From: a virus
Lineage: Duplodnaviria; Caudoviricetes
Strand: one strand, 5' to 3'
Length of the DNA stretch: 64,000 nucleotides
Virus record (IMG/VR): IMGVR_UViG_3300042542_005523
In this document: piece by piece, positions 1 through 8,960 of the stretch
How positions within the stretch are numbered: the first letter of the stretch is position 1
Layout: each line of letters begins with the position of its first letter
Notes under the pieces: model-generated
What the model was told of the DNA's origin: nothing
Seen by the model: the letters and a program-made list of their open reading frames with translations, nothing else
The model's database searches: none
Made by a program: the position numbers and the translations under genes

Positions 1-49
1 GACGGAGAATCATTCATTGATAAAGAGTATAAAGTTTTTACAAAATAAT

Positions 50-595
50 ATGGCACACGAACAACAAAAGAATTTTTTTAAGAGGGTTAAAGATAAATAC
101 CCAAGATATTTCACGGATGTAAAAGTTTTAGATATTGGTTCTTTGGATATAAATGGTTCAATAAGAGATTTATTTAATTACCCATTTTATTACGTTGGAT
201 TAGATCTGGCACCTGGGAAAAATGTTGATGTGATTTGTCCTGGACATTTATATGATTCTGGATTTCAGTTTGATGTTGTTTCATCGGGTGAATGTTTTGA
301 ACATGATATGTATTACGCAAGAACTATACAGAATATGGTTAGACTCCTTAAGTCTGGTGGTTTAATGGTTTTTACTTGTGCGTCAACAGGGAGACATGAG
401 CATGGTACATTAAGAACTACTCCTGATAACGCACCTTTCTTGGGTGATATTAGTGAAAAGTGGGCAAATTACTATAAGAATTTAACTGAAGATGATATTA
501 GGTCAGTTATTGATGTTAATGATATTTTCAATGACTTTGGATTTGAATATGAACCAGTAACTTGTGATTTATATTTTTGGGGGATTAAAAAATGA
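50..595 (+). CDS. Class I SAM-dependent methyltransferase
   Basis: KVLDIGSLDING (SAM motif I), YVGLDLAPGKNVDV, FDVVSSGECFEHD; ATG at 50 after an A-rich leader preferred over the track's TTG at 17. Confidence 0.8.
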   Translation: MAHEQQKNFFKRVKDKYPRYFTDVKVLDIGSLDINGSIRDLFNYPFYYVGLDLAPGKNVDVICPGHLYDSGFQFDVVSSGECFEHDMYYARTIQNMVRLLKSGGLMVFTCASTGRHEHGTLRTTPDNAPFLGDISEKWANYYKNLTEDDIRSVIDVNDIFNDFGFEYEPVTCDLYFWGIKK

Positions 596-1287
596 TTGAT
601 ATAGATGTTATTTGTCTTACAAATACTATTTCCGATGACTTATATTGGATGACTCGTCGAACATTAATGACCATACATGATTCTGAAAAAGATTATAAAT
701 TTCATATTCATTTAATAGAAACAAATTCTGAAAGTGGTTACGATTATTTAGATATTGTTGAAAATTATGTAAAACCAAATGAAAAATTTAATTACAATAG
801 ATTTTTAAATCATTCCTATCCGTATGTTAAACACGATTGGGTTATTATAACTAATAATGATGTGAGATATGAACGAGGTTGGTTTTCAAAAATAATTGAT
901 GTATATACTAAAAGACCTGATGTTGAATCTTTTTCACCTAAATGTCCGATACTTTATTCAAAATATTTTTTTGATGATTTTTTAGGAGGTGATTTAGATT
1001 TTCATGAGAGTGTTGGAACTAGCGTACATCTAATGGGTTGGTCGTTAATTATGAAAAAAAGAGTATTTGATATTGTTTATCCTTGGGATGAAAACTTTGA
1101 CATGTACTACCAAGATAATGATTATGCTGAAATTTTATTAAAAAATAACATTAAACACGGTTTGGTTAGGGACTCAATAGCGACTCATTTAGAATCACAA
1201 ACTATAAAATATAAATTTAATTCAAATACAATTGATAATCTTAGAGTAAAAAATTATTTTTACAATAAATGGGGAAAAGAAATTTAA
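592..1287 (+). CDS. Glycosyltransferase family 2-like protein
   Basis: N-terminal IDVICLT strand, VIITNNDVRY (DxD-like), FDMYYQDNDY typical of GT-A/GT2; ATGA overlap with upstream gene. Confidence 0.7.
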   Translation: MIDIDVICLTNTISDDLYWMTRRTLMTIHDSEKDYKFHIHLIETNSESGYDYLDIVENYVKPNEKFNYNRFLNHSYPYVKHDWVIITNNDVRYERGWFSKIIDVYTKRPDVESFSPKCPILYSKYFFDDFLGGDLDFHESVGTSVHLMGWSLIMKKRVFDIVYPWDENFDMYYQDNDYAEILLKNNIKHGLVRDSIATHLESQTIKYKFNSNTIDNLRVKNYFYNKWGKEI

Positions 1288-1288
1288 T

Positions 1289-3424
1289 ATGAAAATTACA
1301 CAAGTAACACCAGGAATTATTACGATACCTCCAAACGGTTGGGGGGCAGTTGAAAAAGTTATATGGGAATATTATAACAACATTAAAGAATTAGGACACG
1401 AATGCGATATAAGATATCTTAATGATACTAAGGGTAGTAATAGTGATATTGTTCACATTCATATGGCTAATTTGGCAATTGAAGCTGCTAATCAAGGGAT
1501 ACCCTATATTTTTTCATTACATGACCACCACGTTGTTTATTATGGTAAGAAGTCATCTAACTACCAACAAAATTTAGAAGCGATTAAAAGATCAGTAATA
1601 TCTTTTACACATGCTGAGATTTTGGTAGACTATTTTGATGAAACAGATAAGTTGTTCTATCTATCCCATGGTGTTAATACCGGGTTCTTTAAAAATAATA
1701 ATCCAAAAAGAACTGAACATAAACTATTGTGCTTGGCAAATAATGGTATCGGAGGTGATTCAACGTATGATAGAAAAGGATTTAGGTATGCTATCGAAGC
1801 GGCAATAAAATTGGATTTACCAATTACGGTTGCTGGTCCGGAAAACAATAGAATATTCTTTGAACACCACAATGACTTATTAAATTATGATAAGCTAACT
1901 TTAATGTTTTCAAATCCAAACGAAGAACAGATATTAGAACTTTATAAAAGTCATTCTATATTCTTACACCCGTCTATATTGGAGGCAGGACATCCAAACC
2001 TTACATTACTTGAAGCGGTATCTTGTAATATGCCAGTTGTTGGTACTTACTCGGGTTCACAAAAAATTGAAGGAATGGTTGTGGTTGAAAGGGATGTAAA
2101 TCAAATTGTTAATGGAGTTAAACAAGTAATTGATAATTATGATTTATATCTAAATAACACTGAATTAGATAGACAAAAATACGATTGGAGTGTTATTACA
2201 AAGAGAATGGTTAGAATTTATGGAGACCTTATGGATAGTAAGAAAAATTTAAATAGTCTTGAAACCAAACAAAAATTTGATAGAGTGTTTGAAAATACAG
2301 AAATTAAACCAGTGGAAATGGTTGAAAAAATTGAGATAATTAACCACTATATAAACGGAGCGTTAGTTGAAATTAAAGGAAATACCGATAAAAAATATTT
2401 GGTTGAGTTTTGGAACCAAAATGGTGAATGTGAATATCGTGAGGAGATTGGTTGTAATATGTGGGTTAAACTAAACAAGAAATATTTTGATGAGTATACT
2501 TTAAAAGTTTATTCTGACGGTCACTTGATTAGTGAAAAGAAATATAATGCTGAGAATAAAAGAGTTTATATTGCCTTAGATTCGAAATCTTTGGGAGACA
2601 CTTTTGCTTGGGTCCCATACGCTGAGGAATTTAGAAAGAAACATAACTGTAAGGTTGTTTGTTCAACATTCTTTAATGATTTATTTGTTAAACAATATCC
2701 TGAAATACATTTTGTTCACCCTGGTAGTATTGTTGATAACCTATATGCGATGTATGAGATAGGTTGGTTTTATGACGGTGATAATGTTAAAATGGATAGA
2801 CATCCAAGTGATTTTAAATTAGGTCCGTTACAAAAAACTGCCACAGATATTTTAGGGTTGGAATATAAAGAAGTTAAACCTTTAATTAAAAATCCTAACA
2901 AGTTAAAGAAAAAAAGAGTTGGATTAGGCATTCATTCAACTGCTCAGTCTAAGTATTGGAATAATCCAAAAGGCTGGCAAGATGTTACTGATTATTTGAT
3001 TTCACTTGGATATGAGGTGATTATCTACTCAAAAGAAGAAGATGGGTATATGGGTAATTTTTATCCAAAAGGTGCTAAACAAAACCCTCCTGACTCAATC
3101 TATAAACTTATTGAAGAACTGTCAACATGTGAATTCTTTATAGGTATATCAAGTGGTATTTCATGGGTGACCTGGGCGTTAGACATACCGACAGTATTGA
3201 TTTCTGGATTTACTGAAGAGTTTAATGAACCTTATGAGAATGTGTATAAGGTTAGTGCTCCTGAAAATACTTGTAGAGGATGTGCAAATAAGTTTAGATT
3301 AGACCCAGGTGATTGGAACTGGTGTCCTGTAAATAAGGGAAATGAAAAGATGTTTGAATGTTCTAAAAAGATAACATCTGAAATGGTGATAAATGTAATT
3401 AAAAGAGAGGGATTAGCAAAATGA
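1289..3424 (+). CDS. GT4 glycosyltransferase fused to an autotransporter-type (TibC/Aah-like) O-heptosyltransferase domain
   Basis: N-half: PPNGWGAVEKVIW, FLHPSILEAGHPNLTLLEAVSC (GT4 E-x7-E). C-half: RVYIALDSKSLGDTFAWVPYAEEFRKKH, FFIGISSGISW, Cys cluster CRGC..WCP..FEC like the TibC iron site. Confidence 0.75.
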   Translation: MKITQVTPGIITIPPNGWGAVEKVIWEYYNNIKELGHECDIRYLNDTKGSNSDIVHIHMANLAIEAANQGIPYIFSLHDHHVVYYGKKSSNYQQNLEAIKRSVISFTHAEILVDYFDETDKLFYLSHGVNTGFFKNNNPKRTEHKLLCLANNGIGGDSTYDRKGFRYAIEAAIKLDLPITVAGPENNRIFFEHHNDLLNYDKLTLMFSNPNEEQILELYKSHSIFLHPSILEAGHPNLTLLEAVSCNMPVVGTYSGSQKIEGMVVVERDVNQIVNGVKQVIDNYDLYLNNTELDRQKYDWSVITKRMVRIYGDLMDSKKNLNSLETKQKFDRVFENTEIKPVEMVEKIEIINHYINGALVEIKGNTDKKYLVEFWNQNGECEYREEIGCNMWVKLNKKYFDEYTLKVYSDGHLISEKKYNAENKRVYIALDSKSLGDTFAWVPYAEEFRKKHNCKVVCSTFFNDLFVKQYPEIHFVHPGSIVDNLYAMYEIGWFYDGDNVKMDRHPSDFKLGPLQKTATDILGLEYKEVKPLIKNPNKLKKKRVGLGIHSTAQSKYWNNPKGWQDVTDYLISLGYEVIIYSKEEDGYMGNFYPKGAKQNPPDSIYKLIEELSTCEFFIGISSGISWVTWALDIPTVLISGFTEEFNEPYENVYKVSAPENTCRGCANKFRLDPGDWNWCPVNKGNEKMFECSKKITSEMVINVIKREGLAK

Positions 3425-3690
3425 AAAGCGTAAATTTACCAGAGGAAATCCTGTTAGAAATTCAGGATTTATTAGCTAGAATTAACTATTCTAAAATGGA
3501 TTTAGGTGAAGCCCACCTAGCAGTTTCTAATTTTGAAAAAGAATTGGAAAATTTAAAATCGGAGAGAGAAAAAAAGATAGCTGTCTGTGTAGATCTAGAA
3601 GAGGAGAAGACCAGGCTAGTGATGAGAATAGTCGAGACCTACGGGGAAGGAGATCTTGATCTTAACAGTGGCAAGTATTTCGTAAAGTAA
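3421..3690 (+). CDS. Small coiled-coil hypothetical protein
   Basis: 89-aa ORF, ATGA overlap, ends YGEGDLDLNSGKYF. Confidence 0.7.
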   Translation: MKSVNLPEEILLEIQDLLARINYSKMDLGEAHLAVSNFEKELENLKSEREKKIAVCVDLEEEKTRLVMRIVETYGEGDLDLNSGKYFVK

Positions 3691-3709
3691 ATTGGCAACT
3701 CCGGAGGGT

Positions 3710-3718
3710 GATATATAG
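3710..3718 (+). promoter_or_regulatory. Late-type promoter GATATATAG
   Basis: Recurrent motif, about 30 nt upstream of neck gene; variant of T4 late TATAAATA. Confidence 0.65.
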
Positions 3719-3748
3719 AGAAATCACTATCAAATAAGACCAGAGCCA

Positions 3749-6256
3749 ATGAGTTTCAATCCGGAGGATAGGCTACCCAAGCCAATTAATAAAGTTCTGA
3801 ATACTAACGGTGAGCAATACGATCTCACTAACCCTAGATTCACAACTGCTGATGGGCTGGAGAATACTACGAAAATCCCTTTCTCTTCAACTGATGACTA
3901 TTTTTCAACACAGGAAGCTGCTGAAGCTAGAGCACAGCAGATAGGATGCGGGGGATATCACACTGTCATCGTAGAGGGTAAGCTTTATTATAGACCCTGT
4001 GAAACCGCTAATTACTATTCTATTAGAAAGCAGCAGTTAGATTCTGCTCTTAATTTTCAGTACATTGGTAACTATAGAGTTTTAACGTGGGACACTCCTT
4101 TTTTTGGCGTTAGAAAATACAAGGGGTGGATAATAGATGCTTCGTATAGCAATAATACAGGACCTAGTATAAACCCTAATGACGTTCTTGTTGAGTTTAG
4201 GTATTCCATAGATGGTGAATCTTGGTCTCTTTGGTCAACTGTAGGTACAGCAATGAACAATTTCTCCAATACGGAGGCTGCTATTTTCGAAATAAGCCTG
4301 GATCCTGCAGATAAATTCTATCCGGAGTTTAGGTTTACCTCGGTTCTAATTAATCCCGACGGAACACTGGGGTATGAGTCTAATGAGCCAGTGGATCCTA
4401 ACGTAACCATAGTGGATTTTCAATTGGATATTGAATATGATCTAGACTATTTGTCAAATGCATCATTGGATAATAAAGTTATAGCTCCTGCTCTGAGATG
4501 CTCTAATGAGTATACAAATAGACCAGTAGTATTTGACGATTGCAGATTCACTTTTAATCCTTATGCTGTTAATAGAGCGCTTAACCTTTATCAGGATCTA
4601 AGTAAAATAGTAAATAAGGTATTTGGGCTTGATGTTAACTATTATTCTGTGCAACCTCAGGCTAGGGGTAAGGATGTGATACTAAAGGAATATACGCTGT
4701 TCAACGTTGTCGATGAGAAGTGTATAAAAGTTCTAGTTAACCAGAACCAATTTCCGGACAATAAAATTAACTACGATCCATTTGGTTTACAGTTCGATGA
4801 GCCCTTTGAGATACAGATAGACAGAAGGTATTTCGAGGGAATATTTGGAAATGGATCACAGCCTAGAAAAAGAGATATTATTTATTTCCCAATAACTAAT
4901 AGAATCTATGAGATAAATTCGACATATCTTTTCAGGGATTTCATGAATGCTCCCGTTTATTATAAGATCGAGCTAAAGAAATACCAGCCAAAGAGCAACA
5001 CATATTTCCAAGATCCAGCATACAAAGAGGAATTGGATGGCATTGCACTTACAACCCAGGAATTGTTTGGTGCTGAAGTAACTAGTGAGGAAGAAAAAGT
5101 AACAAAGAGGCAGCAATACAACGAGACAACATATGTTAGATCACAGGATCCCATTAGATCATACATCTATTACAATTTAGCTATCATTGGATATGATCTT
5201 AATAATAACTGGACGATAGTTCTTAATAACTATTATGACCTTGAATCTTCATTCGTTGACAATTCAGAATTTACATCCGATCCATTTAAATACAGGAATG
5301 CCATAAGATATAAGGACCTGCCTAAGCTTGGGCCTAAGGAAGAATTATCCCTAACAGCCTGGTGGAATTTGAGAAATGCTTACGATGATACAAAGCTTAG
5401 AAAGATAGGCTTCCCTGTTATAAATGTGAATGTTTCTTCCTATACTGAATCGTATGTTGTTTATTCTACCTATCCAATAAAGCACAATCTTACGGCATGG
5501 AACAGTTACGCCGATAACCCTAATGGATATGTTGCAATACAGGGTGATTCTGCACACAGTGGGGGATATCTAGTAAGAAGTGTAATAGACGAATACACAT
5601 TCACCACAATAAATCAAAGCGTTGAATTTGACCCTGGAGTTACGGTATGGAAAATGCAAAAGGCTCAATCCCGTAACTTTCTTAGCGGACTTTATATGGA
5701 AGGCTTAGAATACAGGGGATTCAGGTTTGACCTAATCCACTCTGGATCGATTGAGCAAGATGTCACTAACTATATCCAGCAGGGTAGCTTCTATCTTAGA
5801 CTTAATAATGGCATAGAGATAAACTCCCCACTTCAATTCACAGCAAAACATGGTGAATGGTATTCTGTTGTGGTGAACGTTTCTAATAAGTATAAACAGA
5901 TTTCAATAAATGCTTGGCAAATGTCATATGACCCGGTGAACCCTCAATCACAATCCAGTGAATTGATCAAGGTACATGAATACGTGCAAAGTTTGGATGC
6001 ACCCGTTATATTCGATGCGCCTTCTAACATAGTAACAGATGTCAGCAGTCCTTTCTATGGAACAGATCAGAATTCCTATAAGGTGTTTACTTCCCCACTA
6101 TATTTGTCAAATATAAGATTGTTCAAGAATATGATAGATATAGATAATCAATCAACCGTCTTAAATCAGAATATTGTAAGAGACACACAGCTTGCACACA
6201 TTATAGATAACGCTAAACCGCTTCTGAACGTTCCTAGATTTGTTCGTAGCCGTTAA
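3749..6256 (+). CDS. T4 gp14-like neck protein with N- and C-terminal accessory domains
   Basis: Central YYSVQPQ..KDVILKEY, YDPFGLQFDEPFEIQID, PRKRDIIYFP..RIYEI resemble gp14; N-terminal FSTQEAAEARAQQIGCGGYH..YRPC motif; beta-rich (LamG-like) C-terminus. Confidence 0.6.
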   Translation: MSFNPEDRLPKPINKVLNTNGEQYDLTNPRFTTADGLENTTKIPFSSTDDYFSTQEAAEARAQQIGCGGYHTVIVEGKLYYRPCETANYYSIRKQQLDSALNFQYIGNYRVLTWDTPFFGVRKYKGWIIDASYSNNTGPSINPNDVLVEFRYSIDGESWSLWSTVGTAMNNFSNTEAAIFEISLDPADKFYPEFRFTSVLINPDGTLGYESNEPVDPNVTIVDFQLDIEYDLDYLSNASLDNKVIAPALRCSNEYTNRPVVFDDCRFTFNPYAVNRALNLYQDLSKIVNKVFGLDVNYYSVQPQARGKDVILKEYTLFNVVDEKCIKVLVNQNQFPDNKINYDPFGLQFDEPFEIQIDRRYFEGIFGNGSQPRKRDIIYFPITNRIYEINSTYLFRDFMNAPVYYKIELKKYQPKSNTYFQDPAYKEELDGIALTTQELFGAEVTSEEEKVTKRQQYNETTYVRSQDPIRSYIYYNLAIIGYDLNNNWTIVLNNYYDLESSFVDNSEFTSDPFKYRNAIRYKDLPKLGPKEELSLTAWWNLRNAYDDTKLRKIGFPVINVNVSSYTESYVVYSTYPIKHNLTAWNSYADNPNGYVAIQGDSAHSGGYLVRSVIDEYTFTTINQSVEFDPGVTVWKMQKAQSRNFLSGLYMEGLEYRGFRFDLIHSGSIEQDVTNYIQQGSFYLRLNNGIEINSPLQFTAKHGEWYSVVVNVSNKYKQISINAWQMSYDPVNPQSQSSELIKVHEYVQSLDAPVIFDAPSNIVTDVSSPFYGTDQNSYKVFTSPLYLSNIRLFKNMIDIDNQSTVLNQNIVRDTQLAHIIDNAKPLLNVPRFVRSR

Positions 6257-6268
6257 TTTTTTTAATTT

Positions 6269-7048
6269 ATGCCACGTAGAAAACCAAAGATGAGCAAGGT
6301 CGTCGAGGAAAAAATCAAAGAAACCCTCGATTCAATAATACTTGATGAGAATTTAGATTCAGTAGAAACTGGAACTGGAGAATTACCGAGATTAAAAACA
6401 ACGGTGCAGATGGATTTTGAGGAGGAAAAAATATCCGCTGCAAGGGATGCCAAGTCTTTGCTGGATTCCTTAGCCATGTTCTACCTTGATGATTCTGGTG
6501 AAGATAATAACCCTTATCTTGAATACCGTAAGAAAATAGATTCTATGAACATCTCTTCTATGACATTTCAGCTTAAGAGTGCACAGCATGCTATAACTAA
6601 GTTATTGGAAGAAATAGACATGGGTAATATGACACCTAGACTTTTCGAGGTTTTAGCTCAGCTACAGGGACAGGTTATCCAGATATCTAAAGATCACCAG
6701 GCTTATCTTGATAAAATGGAAAAAAGCTACAAGGTAATGAAGGGGGACATTGATCAGAAGAATTACAACGGAGCTGTTAGAATAGGGCCAGACGGGAATT
6801 ACACAGAACCAGCGAAAGGATTAGGTGACGGATCAGGAATTAAGGTACGAGGAACAAGAGGATTGATGGAGAATCTGAGAGATCTAATAGGTGCTGAAAT
6901 AGTAGACGTTAAACCAGAGGAGATCAAGCCAGGAGCTGTTGTTAATGCTAGAGATAAGATAAGGATGGACGCCGAAGAGAAGGGATACGAGGGTGAAATA
7001 CCAGAGGGCGGGGACGATCTTCAGATAGAGGATGATCTTTTTAATTAA
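6269..7048 (+). CDS. Hypothetical protein, candidate terminase small subunit
   Basis: Directly upstream of terL, helical/coiled-coil centre, acidic tail; function by position only. Confidence 0.4.
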   Translation: MPRRKPKMSKVVEEKIKETLDSIILDENLDSVETGTGELPRLKTTVQMDFEEEKISAARDAKSLLDSLAMFYLDDSGEDNNPYLEYRKKIDSMNISSMTFQLKSAQHAITKLLEEIDMGNMTPRLFEVLAQLQGQVIQISKDHQAYLDKMEKSYKVMKGDIDQKNYNGAVRIGPDGNYTEPAKGLGDGSGIKVRGTRGLMENLRDLIGAEIVDVKPEEIKPGAVVNARDKIRMDAEEKGYEGEIPEGGDDLQIEDDLFN

Positions 7049-7053
7049 TTTTT

Positions 7054-8898
7054 ATGGCGGAAGAAACAAACAAGAATCAGCCGGAGCTAAATGATGGTAA
7101 TTATTGGAGCACGGCTAAAGTTAACGAGTTACTCAGAAAAGCAGACGAGGAAGGGCTAGATTTCAAGAGTGTAGATAATCCTTTCCATGACAATAATCCT
7201 GAGCTAAGAAGATCTAATGTACTATTCGAGTACACACAGGAGGAGATAATAGAAATTGACAAGTGCGCAAGGGACGTTATCTACTTTTCAAAATATTGTC
7301 AGGTTGTGACCGATACGGGTCTTGCTTATATTACTCTGAGGGAATACCAAGAATCGGTATTAAGAGAATATCAGGCCAATAGATTTAATATATTTCTAGC
7401 ACCCCGGCAGGTTGGTAAATCCATAATGTCCGCTGTTTTTCTGGTGTGGTTTTTACTTTTCAACCACGATAAAAATGCGATGATCCTGGCAAACGTTGGT
7501 GACACAGCAGAGGAATTGATGGATAAGATAAAGGCCATAATAAAAGGATTGCCTTTCTTTCTGAAGCCCGGAATGATGGTCAATAATGTAATGTCTGTGC
7601 GTTTTGATAACGGCTGTAGGGTTATTGCTAAAACGACCACTAAGACATCCGGTATCGGTTTTACTATTCATTTTTTATACATGGACGAGTTTGCTCACAT
7701 TAACTCATCCTTTATGGAAGCTTTCTTCAGGTCTACGTACCCCACGGTATCTTCCTCGAAGGTGTCCCGAATCATTATAACATCTACACCAAATGGAATG
7801 AATAAGTTCTATGAGATGTATATGAGCGCTGTTAAGAAAGAGAACACGTTCAATCCAATTAGGGTTGATTGGTGGCAGGTACCTGGTAGGGACGATGTGT
7901 GGAAACAGAATGAAATATCTAACCTTGGATCCGAGGAGCTATTTAATCAGGAGTACGGTAATCAGTTCTTAAGCTCCTCTACTTTGCTACTTGGATCACA
8001 GGAGTTACAGAAGATAAAAAGAAACGAGGTAGAGTATTTATGGAGGGAGATTGATGAATTTCATTACTCTGACGTAAATTATGAGAATTTTCTATGGCAT
8101 CCTAAATTTGATATAGATAGTGCTGCAGAAGGGAATAAAAAATATGTTGTATCCGTAGATCTCTCAGGTGGAAACAAGGGTGATTTTACAGTCATTAATG
8201 TTTTTAAGGTCTCTCCTCTTCCAAAGAAAGTGATAGAAAGAATAGGAGAATTTGAGGACGAGGGTGATTTCTTTGGCCTTATTCAGGTTGGTATATTAAG
8301 GGACAACGAGATAAAACTGGAGGATGTAGTTAAGATACTTAGAATACTGGTAAAGAATGTACTAGGTGTCGAATCTGTGAAAATAGCTCTTGAGATAAAT
8401 TACAAGGGAGAGCTTCTGGTTGATAAGTTTCTTGCTGACGAGGATCTTTTTGAGGAAATTTTTGTTTACACTAAGCATTCTGAATCTGCTAGATCTTCTA
8501 AAGCTGGTATAAAATACAATGAAAAGAACAAGATGAAAAACTGTGAGCAGCTCAGAACACTTGTTAGAGCAGACAGAATATTGGTGAATGATAAGAAATG
8601 GACAGTACCTGAGCTATTCACATTCGGGCTGAATTCAAGAGGAACATATTCCAGCCAAACAGGTCATGATGACGTTGCTATGTCCCTGGTTAATCTCTCC
8701 TCTGCTTTTGAAAGTGGCGATTTCTACCAACTGGTCGGAGAACTTTTTGATGCGATGGAAACCCCATATAAAGGATTAATATTAAATAAAATGGGGGAAA
8801 CCGGGCAATCCCAATCTTCTGATGAATTTGGATTCGGAAACCAAGGTCCTTCTACCAAGGACGGAAAAAGCTTTAGGGACTTTAGTTCCATGATGTAG
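7054..8898 (+). CDS. gp17: Terminase large subunit (T4 gp17-like)
   Basis: Walker A APRQVGKS, Walker B FLYMDEFAH, TSTPNGMN coupling motif, nuclease VSVDLSGG and HDDVAMS. Confidence 0.95.
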   Translation: MAEETNKNQPELNDGNYWSTAKVNELLRKADEEGLDFKSVDNPFHDNNPELRRSNVLFEYTQEEIIEIDKCARDVIYFSKYCQVVTDTGLAYITLREYQESVLREYQANRFNIFLAPRQVGKSIMSAVFLVWFLLFNHDKNAMILANVGDTAEELMDKIKAIIKGLPFFLKPGMMVNNVMSVRFDNGCRVIAKTTTKTSGIGFTIHFLYMDEFAHINSSFMEAFFRSTYPTVSSSKVSRIIITSTPNGMNKFYEMYMSAVKKENTFNPIRVDWWQVPGRDDVWKQNEISNLGSEELFNQEYGNQFLSSSTLLLGSQELQKIKRNEVEYLWREIDEFHYSDVNYENFLWHPKFDIDSAAEGNKKYVVSVDLSGGNKGDFTVINVFKVSPLPKKVIERIGEFEDEGDFFGLIQVGILRDNEIKLEDVVKILRILVKNVLGVESVKIALEINYKGELLVDKFLADEDLFEEIFVYTKHSESARSSKAGIKYNEKNKMKNCEQLRTLVRADRILVNDKKWTVPELFTFGLNSRGTYSSQTGHDDVAMSLVNLSSAFESGDFYQLVGELFDAMETPYKGLILNKMGETGQSQSSDEFGFGNQGPSTKDGKSFRDFSSMM

Positions 8899-8922
8899 AC
8901 CCTTCTTTTTCTAATTTGGTTT

Positions 8923-8931
8923 GATATATAG
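8923..8931 (+). promoter_or_regulatory. Late-type promoter GATATATAG
   Basis: About 30 nt upstream of sheath ATG. Confidence 0.7.
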
Positions 8932-8960
8932 ACAAAGAAGAAAAAAATCATAAAGAAATA

